The translations under genes and the position numbers were made by a program. The notes under the pieces are model-generated. The model was not told the DNA's origin. It made no database searches and was given only the letters and a program-made list of their open reading frames with translations. This document shows, one piece after another, positions 50,916-63,293 of a stretch of 64,000 nucleotides of DNA (positions are counted from its first letter, which is position 1; every line of letters begins with the position of its first letter). The DNA comes from Marsupella aquatica (taxonomy: Eukaryota; Plantae; Marchantiophyta): assembly GCA_973895155.1 (NCBI GenBank), contig OZ316891.1:27041154-27105153 (forward strand), read 5' to 3'.

Positions 50916-51083
50916 TGTTATAAGGGCTAAAACCCTAATCCTACTTACCCTAGAATGTAGGGGAACGGAGGTTACATAACTGCCGATATACCATGTACTA
51001 CATAGGGAGAAGTTTACTCTCCCACAAGGTAATGAAGGAAGTGAGCTTGCTGGTGTATGTGTGTCCATGGTTGATGCATAATA
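50916..51083 (+). repeat. 3' LTR of the Bianca element
   Basis: Follows the PPT and is followed by TSD TTAAG. Confidence 0.95.
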
Positions 51084-51689
51084 TTAAGAAGTTAGTAGCG
51101 ACATTCTTAATTCACAGATTTGAAGTACCATGGTGGTATACGGAATGTGCATTAGTTTTACTATAGAATTGTACATCCTTTAAAAAAGAACATGTTGCCA
51201 ACATCTTAATTACACACTACCATACACACAATTTAAAACATTTTTGGGGTCTTTTGAGCAAGTGGTGGACCTTTCCACCCAACGCCCCCACCAAACCCAG
51301 CACTTGCTTAAGTGCCCTTGGTGCCCAAAAGCCTACACAAAACTCCTTGAGCAAGCAATTTGGTACCTCTAGCACCTCTGGTGGCAACCCCCATACAGCC
51401 ATACTTGCTCCCTAACTCAACCAATGCTCAACGATTATCACAATCTGCACAAGCAACCAAACATCTAGGTAAGTAACCCATGGGATCTAGGAACTCAAAA
51501 CTAGTGTCTCAACTCAAGCTCAATAGACATTGGTAAGTAACTCAACGAATAAAAACTCTTGGACCTGCATGGCCTTGCCATAAGCCAAAGCCCATTGTTC
51601 ATCCAAAACAACCCCTCTTTGGGTGCCACATGTGCTTCCGCACTTTCTATTCTGCCCTGCCCTTAGGACATGCTCATGGCCCAAACAAG

Positions 51690-52011
51690 GAGGTGTTTAC
51701 AAAAGATAGCAAAACAGGAAACATGAGTTAATAACAGAAACTGGTAACAGGAAAATGGGTGGCAATTGTTTTGGAATTTTTTTGGGGGAATTTTTGTTTG
51801 TTTGATTTTGGCCAATTTATTTTTACTAGCGCTCGGCGCGGGTAATATTAGCGCCCAAAGCTAGCCAAAAAATGTTGTATTGTTAGTTTTTTTTTAATAT
51901 GAGACCTGTGAGGAAACATTTTTAAATTGTCATTTTTTGCTGGTAACAACATACTAAAAACAAAAACAAAAAATCTTATTTACCTGTTTCCTGTCTCCAT
52001 CGCTATACCCC
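51690..52011. mobile_element. MITE (Mutator-like), homologous to 21315-21638
   Basis: Same ends and internal motifs; flanks (C)AAACAAG / (C)AAACAGG. Confidence 0.78.
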
Positions 52012-55000
52012 AAACAGGTAGCTTGTCCTAAGCTTGTCCTAAAATGTGGGGACTAGATCGACCCTGACTCTAGCAACCAACTCTAAAGTTCTTGCTCAAT
52101 TGATAGTCTAGGGGCCAAGTGACCTTGGAACTCAACTTCTATGCCTACTTTGCTTTGCCTCCCCAATGCAAGCTCCTGTACGTGGGAAACTCAACGCAAC
52201 TTGTCTGCTATTTTGGCACAATTTGGTAAGCGAGCGAGATAGCCCTCACAAACCCGAGAACCAATGGCACCCCTAGACCCAACTAAGATTAGGAGTATGA
52301 ATACCTTCTCAAGAACTTTCCAATGCATCCAAGAAGTCCTCCAATGGACTTCCTCTTGAGAAGTTATTGTCATTTCCATTTTACACTTCCTCTTATTGTG
52401 GCGACCGTCGTGGCTCACGACTAAATTGACTCGCCCTTGGCTCCCAAGGAGACATCACTCCCCTTGTATATGCTTCTAGAGACCTACCACTCTCAGGCCG
52501 GATTTGGTCCCCTATATTTGGCCCTCAACGTGGACTCCAACCCCCATGCAAAGACCCCCAACTAAGTTGTTATGCCCGCAAATTTCTAGCTAGACATTTG
52601 TAAGTGAGGTGCCTTAGCCCGTTGTGATCGGGCCAACACAGTGCTCATGCCTAGGCCCTGAGAACCAGTCATCAATTGAGGGACCCGGACAACCTCATTT
52701 GAGCCGCACCGTATCTCATGCTTTCAACGTCCGTTGCGCATGAAGTAAACTTTGTTAGCCTTGGGCCCAAGAGGAGCTCCCACTCAAGCCCTCATAACTC
52801 AAAGTCCATCCGAGGACTAGACTGTCCATCCTTAGCCCAGCCCAGGTTCCATGCCCGATCAACTCTATGCTAGTCTAAGTCCTTAGTGTGCGTCACCAGC
52901 TTAGCGCCTTGCTCATCCTAGTGCAACGTCTCATTGCCCCACTAGTCTCCCTATTCTTAGTCCCCACCAGATGGCTATTCTGGAGGCTTGGACCATAGAG
53001 GAGTTTGGTGCCAAAGATAGTGACGTTGGAGCTATGTGTTAGGGTAGTCAAGTTCCGCGACTGAGTACAGACACTTCTTAAAACAAGAGTTATGATAGAA
53101 ACTTAGAGAGCAGTTATGGCAAGGTTATTTTTTACTTTTTGACATCTCAAATACTGTCATCCCTCTTTCTCAAGACATGGTGATCGAGTTAAAGATTGCT
53201 AAACTATACCTCTAAAATCTCCAATTCAACAAATGTTTTCTTTGTCTTCATTTTATTAATTTTACTATGTTTTGTTTAAGATTCTATTTTCTTCAGGGAG
53301 GTCTGAGTTTCCTCTCTACACCACTCAAAATAGCACTAGAAGAAACCCACCCTTTCTGAGACCACAAAGAACGTGACAGTTTGTCCGAGACCTTCATGAA
53401 ACAACGACTCCAAAGTTGTTGGTGTCATGTTAGTCACACCTTCTTGACTGAGTTTTGGTGAAGTTTCGAGGAGTCATGTTTACAACTTTTAGGGAAGTTG
53501 TAACTATAACTCAGTTAAGGCAATTAGGTTGAAGTCATACAAGCTCTCTACATTAGAGTACAACTTATGAGAGCACAACATTTGAGCCCTTCAACCTTAA
53601 AGTATGGGATCTAACCCAATACATATGATTTTGGATCCCACATAGATTTAATTATAGTCAGGTCATACCATTTAAAACCATTACTGAGTATTCCATCATT
53701 ATTCCTGCCCCCATTTAGACACCATGAAGCGCGCCCCAGCCCCATTCAACTGCAAAAAGGATTTGTCAAAGCTTGCTAACCTAACTTAATGCTTTTTGTA
53801 GTCAATCTCTAATTTTTCTATCGCCGTCTTCTGGTCGTGCCAAAGGCGTGCTTAATTATCACCCAATTTCAGCCTCACATATGTAGGTTGGGTTTACTTA
53901 TTGCCATGCCCTAGAAACCTTCATGTTTCCCATGCCCCCTTCATATATGACAACCAATGCATGGTTCATGTTCAATATAAGTCCAACTTAAATATATATG
54001 ATCAGCTCTTCACTACCCCAACCCTAAAAAAGTGTACTTTTCATAATGGTAATGTGGGGTCATATATACCTCACTATTTGGCCACATTTTCACCAAATGG
54101 GGTGGTTCAAAGTTGTGACTAACCACTCACCCCACATATAACTATTGCGTAAGTCCTTTGGTTTCAAAGGAAAAAACTAATTAGGCAAATCATAGACTTT
54201 TGTGTCTCTTTTGTGAACTAATGTCTCCACTTCAATGTGCGTGAGTGTGCCTTTGGACACAAGTTTAGGGTGCGCGGGTTTTGTTTAACACAGCAATAGA
54301 GTGCAAAGTTGAGTTGAATGTGCGCGGGAACTCGGTTTAGGGTCCATTGTGCTTACGGCCGGGGACATTCATCGTGCCTGAAGGTTTTGTGAAGGGTTTT
54401 GTGCGAGGAGCTTTACGGACTTCACTCCCACTTGAGAGATGGTGATGGCAGGCAGGTGCAGCAACAGCGCTTGATCAAGGCTAGACTTTATTGCGTAAGT
54501 CCCTGCTCGTTGTCTGGATATGTCATTGTTGTCGGGGTCTTCATGCTCGTCTGATTCATCTTCTGCTCTTCGTGGCCGAGAGTTGACTACCTCACTCACT
54601 AACTTCTTGTCCAATGCATACCACAACCCTATTCCTCGTTCTCAGTCTGCGAGTTTGGGAGCTTTGGACTAGAGCACATGATCGGAAGCCTTGGACGAGA
54701 GACGCAGACTCCAATATCCAGCTTGAAAACAAACGGTGATTGATTTTGTCAGGTGAGAAGATCGAGAGCTCTAGAGATGGTGATGGCGTGTGGGCGTAGC
54801 AGCAGCGCTTGATCAAGGTTTGTCTTCTGCTGCCACTACTGGTGCGATTATTTCTACTCTTGGCTTTTCTCGCGGAAACAATAGCTCGGATCTGAGGGCT
54901 ATTGGCAGTGACACTGTTGCACCAGCCCCCGCGGAGCTTATGGGATTGGGAGGTTTTGTTAGTTTCATTCCGTAGCGGAGTGGCAGGGTTGAAGGTCGTA

Positions 55001-57524
55001 GCGGAGAGCGAGTAGCGGAGTTGCAAGGTTTAGGGAGTTGTGACCTTCATTTGTTGTAAATGTTGGTAAGACGCCGTGACTTGACTGGTGTTGTCGAAGT
55101 TTCTTTTTACTTAGGTTCCTTCAAAGTTTCAGCAGCGCAAATTTTTCTAAAAATGACTGTGACTGTGGGCTGCAGCTGGTGAGGTGGAAGGGATTGCAAA
55201 CGCGTTACTAATCTACAACCTTGGGCATGCTATCAACATATATCCAATCATCGAGCACAAAGTCGATTAAACCCTCACAAGGTAAGACCCACTCATTCCT
55301 TTTCTTATAAGCTCTTATTGGGCAAACATCGCTCTTTGCGTATGTAGTTTGCCAGCCAGGCAAGACCCATGATACTGTTCGACTACCACAGACAATCCCA
55401 AGCGGCCAAGTGGTGCTTCTGAATTTCTGTTGTTGAGTTGCGCCTTCCCACATGCCGTAGTCACTACTGCTCCTTAGCGTGCACCTACATAGGTGCTGAC
55501 CCAATGAAGAGAGGGATTGAGCCTTGGTACTGTACTCCTACACAGTCTAAGCTCAGGTGCCTATTCTTCATTTCTTGTTGAATGTTCCATTTTTTTAGCG
55601 GATTTCTGCTCTGCCCTTTTGCCATGGGTCGCCGGTCTGCTGGATGCTATCAGCAGATTAAGAACTAGTCATATCCTAAGTCCCGGTGTTGCAGTGGTGT
55701 CTCCGACCCTAAGATGCCACCTGAAATCATCTTTCTTGTTTCCTGCTGCTACTGATGTATGTATGTTCTCCAGTATTTTTGCTTACTGATTGGTCTCTCC
55801 ACACTTCTTGCTTGACATGACTGTTTTGCTCCTCCCTGTATGAGAACATGCCTTGTGCCCCGTGCTCTGGCGGTGGGGTGGGGGGGGTGAACAGACGACC
55901 TTAAGGTCCACTAAATTTATAGGAACCGTGCAATCGTTTAGCTGATTTTAGCAGCAAGTTCCCTTGCTTTCCCCTATTTTTGCTAAGATCCCTCCCCACT
56001 AATCACATGCATCCTTTACTTTTCTCGGTGGCCCGTGCGCCTGCCTTCCTACTTTCGTTCTTATGGACTTTCCTTAGGTTTTCTTTCACCTGATTTTGGA
56101 CTTTTTGCTCCGGTGGAATCTGTCTTGACAACTTGTGTTTGTTCTAATCGTTAATATCTCAAGAGGGTCGTCAACTAAGCTGGCAGGAGTCAAAGCTAAC
56201 TACAAGCTAGCAAATCCAGAGAATGCTCCCAAGTCGAGTCAGGAGGAAGTTACTAAAACTAGACCTTCACAACTCTCGAAACTGGAAAGTGGAATTCAGC
56301 CTGAGACACGCAGCTGAAGGCCACAAGGATAACTATATGGCCATGCTGTCCCTCATTCAAGTCCAAAGTCCTCTTCAGACTGTCTGAACTCCTATCTGAA
56401 CTCCTTAACTGGATGAAGTCCTGTCTGAATGTGAAGTTCAGATTGGCAATCTCAAATGGCAAGTTCTGAACTCTTGTCTGAACTTCATCCACCCTTCTAA
56501 ACTGGGATTTGTGCTACGTGTATAGACTCCACATTGTTGCTTCTCCCTTTCGGGCCAGCCCTCCTTGTGAAACGTAGGAGCACGATCATGGCACTTACAC
56601 ATAGTCTGACATTCAAAAAATGCTACTTCTCATCAGCATATTTCGAGTAGTTTGCCTGTGTGTTGAGCCTAATTATTTGTTTATTGCTTTAGTAACATGC
56701 ATGGCCAATTGGTTTCTCTTCATGTAAAGGCAAGTTTTTGAAACTTACTACTTGAATTGGTGGTTTGAATTTAGTTAAGTGTTGAGAAATTAGCATTCAC
56801 ACTAACTATTTTTCTTTTGTGATTGAGTTCTCTTTGCTATTGAATGTATTGAATAATTATTTCATCACAGAAATTTTCAAAACAAACACGGAAGCACAAG
56901 GGGGCTGAGGATTGGATATTGAGGCTGAAGACATTGAGGTAATAAATTGGGTGTGGTTTGGGTGACAATGTTAGCAACTGATGCTTCTTCAAGGGAACTT
57001 CCCATGTGCAGTTTAAGGGTTTAAAAATGATTGACTTTGGTTCTTGCTGTTTTTCTTTTGGTGTACTCTTGAGTTTGGTGTCACTCTATCCTTTCCTGTA
57101 GCCTCGAAATAGGAACACACCTGCTTAATGGTCCCCAATTGCCCAATGATTTATAATGACTGTGTCTAGGTGATGTATGCATTGCGTGTTCATTCCAGAA
57201 GAATGAATATGTACACTTTGCACAAACCTGGACAGATTTTGAATGTTATTTATCTGAGTTTCTATTTGTGAGCTCTGACTAGGAGCCTTAACATTTGTGT
57301 TTCTGTGGGGCTGAGCAGAGTTTGGCTAAGATGCTAGATTGTGGCTTGTCTTCTTGCTTCCAGCTTGTGTATATTCAATTAATAGAAGTTGGGAATGAAG
57401 TGATAATTGAATTTCCTTATATTAAGCATCTTCACCTAGAAACTCAATACATAAACTCCAGGAGTCCCTCGGGACATAAAATGAGCCAAATTGTTTCAAA
57501 ATTGGGAACCTGCACCCGCACTAC

Positions 57525-57748
57525 TCAAACAAATGTGTTGGGCTTGGTGGCCTTGTAAGTCGTCTTTAGCTTTCGCGATGGAGGTTGAATCTTGCGGTAC
57601 GTCAAGGGGAACTTGATCTTTGAATCTGCTCTACAGCTCCGTTCAACGTGGTATCACGATATTCCTTGTACATGTTGTGATAACCTGTACGACTCTGATA
57701 CCTCACCCAAATACCGAAGTTCTTAATTGTGGTGGGCTTTTCGAAGAT
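57525..57748 (-). pseudogene. RPL18a: Captured RPL18a exon, copy 2, with a 115-bp internal deletion
   Basis: [38 protein letters not shown].. joined to ..[25 protein letters not shown]. Confidence 0.9.
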
Positions 57749-58298
57749 CTGGTAGACACATTATTCAGCATTTGCTAACTTTGAAACTAGAAGGGTAACA
57801 CATTAAACAACAGAGAAACTCACAACATCCTCCTTTGGTCCTTCAGAGTCTGTACTTTGATTATGAAGTTTGACTGAGTTTCTGTTTACTGAAAGAATGT
57901 GACTGTGTAAGAGTTCCGTTTGGCAGTGGATTGGTTGAAAGCACTTCATGCTAGTGTGTTGTCCACAGCTCTTCAACCAGCTTTCGTCTTCCTTGTCTTT
58001 CACCACTTACGATGACATCAATTCAGCTAAGACCATAGAAGGTTCCAAAGCATCTAACTTGTCAAATCGCATTCTGTTACATCAAGGACTAAGCTGTTGG
58101 GTATCAAAGGAGACAACACAACAAACACGCTGAAAAGACTTCAGGACTGGGTTCAACAAGGTAGTGAAGGTGCTTATAGCCATAGTAAGTATGCATTCTG
58201 TATCTTTCTCTGTTGATGTGAGCTTGTGCATAATGGGAGTTGTAGTTGGCAAGAGTTCCATAAGGCCAAATATGAACAGATCCAAAAGTATGTGTATG

Positions 58299-58337
58299 AA
58301 CCAAGTGTAGAGTTGACTCTTTCTGAATATTGTAGTC
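58299..58337 (-). pseudogene. Ubiquitin fragment DYNIQKESTLHLV
   Basis: 13 consecutive residues identical to ubiquitin residues 58-70. No LRLRGG follows; the upstream sequence is decayed. Confidence 0.85.
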
Positions 58338-58850
58338 TCTTTCTGAATGTACAGTTTGGTAGGGCCAACGCCATGTGATCATGTACTTGCTCTATAAAGT
58401 TCTGAAGATATAAGCATTTTCTGTTAGACCAGGCAACTTGGGAGTTGGTAAGTGTCACCTGCATCTGAGGGGCTACACCGGGGGCATCAGTGGAGGTTCA
58501 CTTGCACAACACGACAGCCAGTGAATTTTCTCTCTAGTGCAACCTGCAAGGTGAGACTTTTGGTCTTTCTGGATGAAAAAACAGGATCTTAATATGATTG
58601 ATATACATGTCCGTCGAGATCATCGGTTTATCACCAAGCTCTTTGTCTTAGGAAACTCATAAACTCAAAATCAAATATGTACTATGCACGTTTCATGCTA
58701 TGTGTATACTATGACCTGTAGTTGGAACCAAGACAGTGAATGGGAACTGATTAGTTTAGGTTGGTTGCTGTTGGCGAGGCAAGTCGACCTCCTGCTCGCC
58801 TTGCTCATCAAAGGACGTGAACAGAGGACATCACAACAAAAGAAACACTT

Positions 58851-59303
58851 ATGGTGAGGACCCGCAACGCTGAACATGTGCGGCTTGCACGCAAGGCAGA
58901 GATGTTGCGCCTTGAGTATGTCAGACTTGGGATCCTTCCAGCCCAGTCTGCATGGTACTTTGAGTACCCTGTTGTTTCCAGTCCGAACAACTATAGCCGG
59001 CCTCTACCTGCTTCAGTACCCTTCTCGACATCCTTGGTATTTGTGTCTCTTGTACATGACCCGCCACAAATTAGGTGCCAAGGGTGTGTGCACAGTTGCC
59101 AATATGACTGTCCTGCCTGTAGGGCTTCTGGCTCAGCATTGGATGACCGTCCTCTTGGATGCCAATTTTTGCACAGAGCACAATGTATCATCTAGAACCA
59201 CTCGCCATCCTGTAGTCTGCCTGGTGATGTTACTTGTCCTACCCTCCCAGACCCCACCACCGGTGACTTTGGTGTCTACACATGTTTGGATCACATGCTC
59301 TAG
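58851..59303 (+). pseudogene. Cys/His-rich cargo ORF, copy 2 (TGG>TAG at 59193-59195)
   Basis: Near-identical to 28788-29237 apart from a premature stop. Confidence 0.55.
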
Positions 59304-60073
59304 AGGACCACTTGTCACACCGCATGCACAGACCAGATACCATTGACCTATAGCTTAACACTCTGACTTCAACATAGAGGATATTTACTTAAAATTTTGA
59401 TGTATGAGCAATTTTGGGTCCAGGGTTTAGGGTCAACAGTACATAAATTATCCTATTATGCCTGCACTAAGCAAAATATCCTAATTTAAGAGGCTAGCAA
59501 ACTTGCTTAAAAGTCTCTATTGAAAGACTACTTTCATGACTGCTTTAACCTGGTGAACATTGCAACGTTCAATGAATTAATGGGCCATGTGATAACCTGT
59601 AAAATGTGATTTATGCCTCACTTATTTGTCTCAGCCACTATCATAGCCTATTTAGGATGTATACATTTCAACTCCTATGACACTGCTTCATACCAATCCT
59701 CTTTGAAGAATGCCTGTTTTACATGTCACGACTATTGTATGTGATTCAAATGCATGAAATGTTGTTGCAGATCTCATTTGGTGAATCATAGCCACAATTA
59801 AAATTGAGGTGTTGGTGGAGCAATTGTATTAGGGGATCAGTTTTGTGTGTTGGCTCAACATACCAAAAGTATGTCTGCTTTGCATCCTTGTGTGGCCATT
59901 CCAATTCATTGCAGTAGCTAATGCCTTTGTACCTTAAATGCTAAATATATTTTACATTATGTGCAGTCTGCTAAATTGTAGAGTCTATCTAAATGCCTTT
60001 GTACCTTAAATGCTAAATATATATTACTTTCTGTGCAGTCTGTTGAATTGTAGAGTCTATCTCATGCGCAGGC

Positions 60074-60754
60074 ATGGCACGACCTAAAATTCAAGCCAAA
60101 AAGCGTGTGACAGAGGTGAGAAACACAGGTGTACTTGGGGCAGATGCTACTAACTTCTCTGCAAGTCAGATTTTCCAGAAGGCAGCTCATTGTTGTGCCA
60201 TTTGTGACGATGGTGGGGGCCTGGTCATCTGTGAGGGCCCTTGCATGAGGCATTTCCACCTCAACCTGGAGTCTGACCTTGCTGCAGAAAACAACTGTCC
60301 AGGGGTGGGCCTCCCATCAACACACCAGGGAGACTGGATGTGCACTGATTGTTTGGAGAAGCAGGCTAAGTGTGCACAGTGTGGAAAGTTGGGGTCCTAT
60401 GAGGGCTCTATTGATGCCCCAACAATTGTTAGGAAATGTCCAGACCATTTTTGTGTGAGATTTTTCTATTTTGAGTGTTTGCCTGCTCATGCCACAGCTT
60501 GCCCACTTCATAGGTGCAAGGCATGTGGTGAGCATGATCATGAGTACTGGACTGACATAGTCCACTATGCTAGGTGTCCCACCATGTGGCACTATCATTG
60601 CCTGAAAGATCGTCAAGCAGAGGGTTATGCTTGTGACAGAGAAATCTATGATCACTCTGCACATGGTGTTGATCGATGGATATTTTATTGTCATCGCCAT
60701 GCCATTGATCGTACCTCGCGCACTCCTGTGAGAGATCACATATCTTGGCTGTGA
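60074..60754 (+). CDS. EDM2-type multi-PHD protein, copy 2 (226 aa; two Cys>Tyr changes)
   Basis: Open ORF of the same length as 30008-30688; FFCFEC>FFYFEC and HCARC>HYARC. Confidence 0.85.
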   Translation: MARPKIQAKKRVTEVRNTGVLGADATNFSASQIFQKAAHCCAICDDGGGLVICEGPCMRHFHLNLESDLAAENNCPGVGLPSTHQGDWMCTDCLEKQAKCAQCGKLGSYEGSIDAPTIVRKCPDHFCVRFFYFECLPAHATACPLHRCKACGEHDHEYWTDIVHYARCPTMWHYHCLKDRQAEGYACDREIYDHSAHGVDRWIFYCHRHAIDRTSRTPVRDHISWL

Positions 60755-61346
60755 AGCTAAACATTGTACATGCACAGTGCACCTGATGTGGATGTACTAT
60801 TTTTTGAGATTGCAGAGATTCCAATTTTGAAAAAGAGTTGGGTAGGCAAGTTTATATAGGCAGCACTTATCTTGTGCTCTGGCGTCAGTGGCTGGGTACA
60901 TGCCTATAAAAACTTATCCTTACAAGCCTTCTTGAAAGTATTTAGGCTAAGTGGTCATTTTCATAAACACTTTCATCAGACTGCTAAATTAAAATAGGAC
61001 TTCTAAGTTGTAAGCGTATAAATTATCAGGCATGCAATTAATCAAATTGCCCTATAAGTTTGTCATTGAACGTATCCTCCTTTACAACAAAATATGTATG
61101 TGCAATGACAAGTTGGTTGCACTTCATTTCACCTTCGATATGGATTTTGTAGTATATATTCAAACAATGTTCTGCATCCGTGCAGGTGCCTAGTACGTAT
61201 TGTTCACATATCCCTTGTACCTATCAAAATCGGACCTGAGCACCAGTGGGCCGGATCAACTCAAAAAGCAGGAATTTTGTTGTCCTTGTATTGTTAGGTG
61301 AACCCATTCTTCCAAAATTCACTGTCATCACGTAGGGTGTGTGTAC

Positions 61347-62223
61347 ATGGAGCCTGGGAAACGTAGAAAGTGTGACCACCCAGCAGTGTTTACAGGGGTC
61401 AGAGCCATTTTGGTCCATGGCCAACATGAGTTGACCAAAGTGCATTGGCCAACTGTACAGAAACGATTCTCTGAGCTCCATGGCACTGTAGTTTAGGACA
61501 TCACTCCAGAGACTACACATGTTGTTGCAGGGACATGGCTATCAGTGATAAAGAAGTGGTCATGGTCCTACATGAATTCTGAAATTACTAAGCAAGGCCT
61601 AAAAGTAGTTGAGGCCTCTTGGATCACAAATTCCATAGCACATAAGATTGTACAGGATACTGAGCAATATGAGCTGTGGGAGGATGAAGAAGCTACTGCA
61701 TCAGCTCTGGCTGAACAAGAAGTCTGGGAAGCAAAGGCACGGCTTGCTGATCTCCAATATGGACCTGTACTCAACAAAGGACAGAGCTCTACAAGGCTGA
61801 AGAGTATGTTGGCTGAGGAGACGAAGCAAGCAACCCCCATTCTGAAAGGGCTGAGCATGGTATTTGTGGAGGCGGGAATTGGAGAGGTTAAGTGCAAAGT
61901 GTACAAGTCCACAGTGCTTGACCTAGGTGGGACAGTGGAGGAGAATATAATAGAGGACACCACTCATGTCATCACTATGTCATATCCCAAAGCTTGCCGC
62001 AAGTTTGGGAAGGGAGACATTCGCTTTTATGTCATGTCCCATAATGTGTTTGTGGTTTCATATGCTTGGCTTGTGGAATCAGTAGCAGCGCGCTGGGAAG
62101 CGTCAAAACCCAATGGACTATGATCTTTTTGAGGCCTGGCCACGGAAGGGTCAGGATCCTTACAGAGAGGACTATGAGACAACAAGTGAGGAATGGGTCA
62201 TTAGCAATTCTGAATCAGAGTGA
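61347..62223 (+). pseudogene. Tandem BRCT cargo gene, copy 2 (CAG>TAG at 61494; +4 frameshift near 62090)
   Basis: Aligns to 31281-32153 with two lesions. Confidence 0.85.
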
Positions 62224-62521
62224 GGAGTAGTAGCATCAATTTGGACACAAGTTTTTTTGCATAAATCAGATCATTGAAATAAATGTGATCTTTGAACTAA
62301 TGTACCTTGTTATGGTTGGTGGCAGTTGGGCTTATTTTACTGTTGGCGGATTGTTGTTTCCTATTGCCTGGGGGTGTCACTGTAAACGTACTGGGTGGGC
62401 TCAAATCTTGGCGGCAGAATTTGGTGGGTATGTTGCCTTTCCTAGATCAATAGGCGCTATTACGGCTCCTCCTCCGGGTTGCCATATGGCTGGCCACAGT
62501 TAGGACTCTCCTGCATGGGTT

Positions 62522-62947
62522 GTGCTAAAACATTTCTTGGCACCGCCCGAGGATGCAAGAGACGCTGAATCTATCATGAATGAGGATGCACAGTCTGAAG
62601 TGGACATCTACTTTTCAGCAGATGAGTTAGACAAGCCCGATGTTGTAGGTGGTTCCTTGTTGCCTGATTTGGCAGATGATATAGTTCTTTCACATGTCTG
62701 GCCGAGGGTTCTTGTGGTGTCGTGTGCACAAGATATCTGCAAATATAGACAAATTAATACACGGTGGAGGGACTTGGTAGCAACTTGCCCCCAGTGGAGG
62801 GCATTGCATCCACTGCTTGTAGGCACGGATGCAAGACCCCCATGGCATGAGCAGGGTTTAGACCTTGATGATTTAATGTACATGCCTGAGTACCTGAGGT
62901 CTGAGTGGCATCGAGAACAGGGTTGGTACCCATATCTCACCTGGTAA
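62522..62947 (+). CDS. CACTA cargo: F-box domain protein (original ORF may start at ~62300, with an in-frame TAG at 62501)
   Basis: LLPDLADDIVLSHVWPRV...KYRQINTRWRDLV fits the plant F-box consensus LIPGLPDDI...C..RV...R.V.KRWR.LV. ORF 62285-62503 is in the same frame. Confidence 0.72.
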   Translation: MLKHFLAPPEDARDAESIMNEDAQSEVDIYFSADELDKPDVVGGSLLPDLADDIVLSHVWPRVLVVSCAQDICKYRQINTRWRDLVATCPQWRALHPLLVGTDARPPWHEQGLDLDDLMYMPEYLRSEWHREQGWYPYLTW

Positions 62948-63293
62948 TAAGGTGAGATATCTAATACCGCTCTCACACCTGTGCCTATGACTATACATGA
63001 TTGGACTCTGATATGGTCATGGGTGTACATGCAGAGGTGGTACATTTGAGGACAGCGGAGGAGGTGGTGACACCCTCGAACATTTAGGAATTTTGTGTCA
63101 TTCACTTGACAATAGGTACACTACTCGCGAACCTGTTTTTTTCTTTTGGGGTGGTTTAGGGTTTGTGAGAATTTAGTACACGTTATGTTAACTCTTTTGG
63201 CAGATACAGTCAGGGATATATGGAACACAAATACCACCATTAGGCATCCTTGTTCATTGCTGTCCATGACTGCAGAGCTCCCAGTCTGTTACA

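Larger units (their letters stand above)
44412..51083 (+). mobile_element. Full-length Ty1/Copia LTR retrotransposon, Bianca lineage
   Basis: 168-bp LTRs with TG...TA ends, 5-bp TSD TTAAG, PBS-like CGTCATCAGCACG at 44580, PPT AAGGGGGAG at 50907-50915, gag-PR-IN-RT-RH order. Confidence 0.95.
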
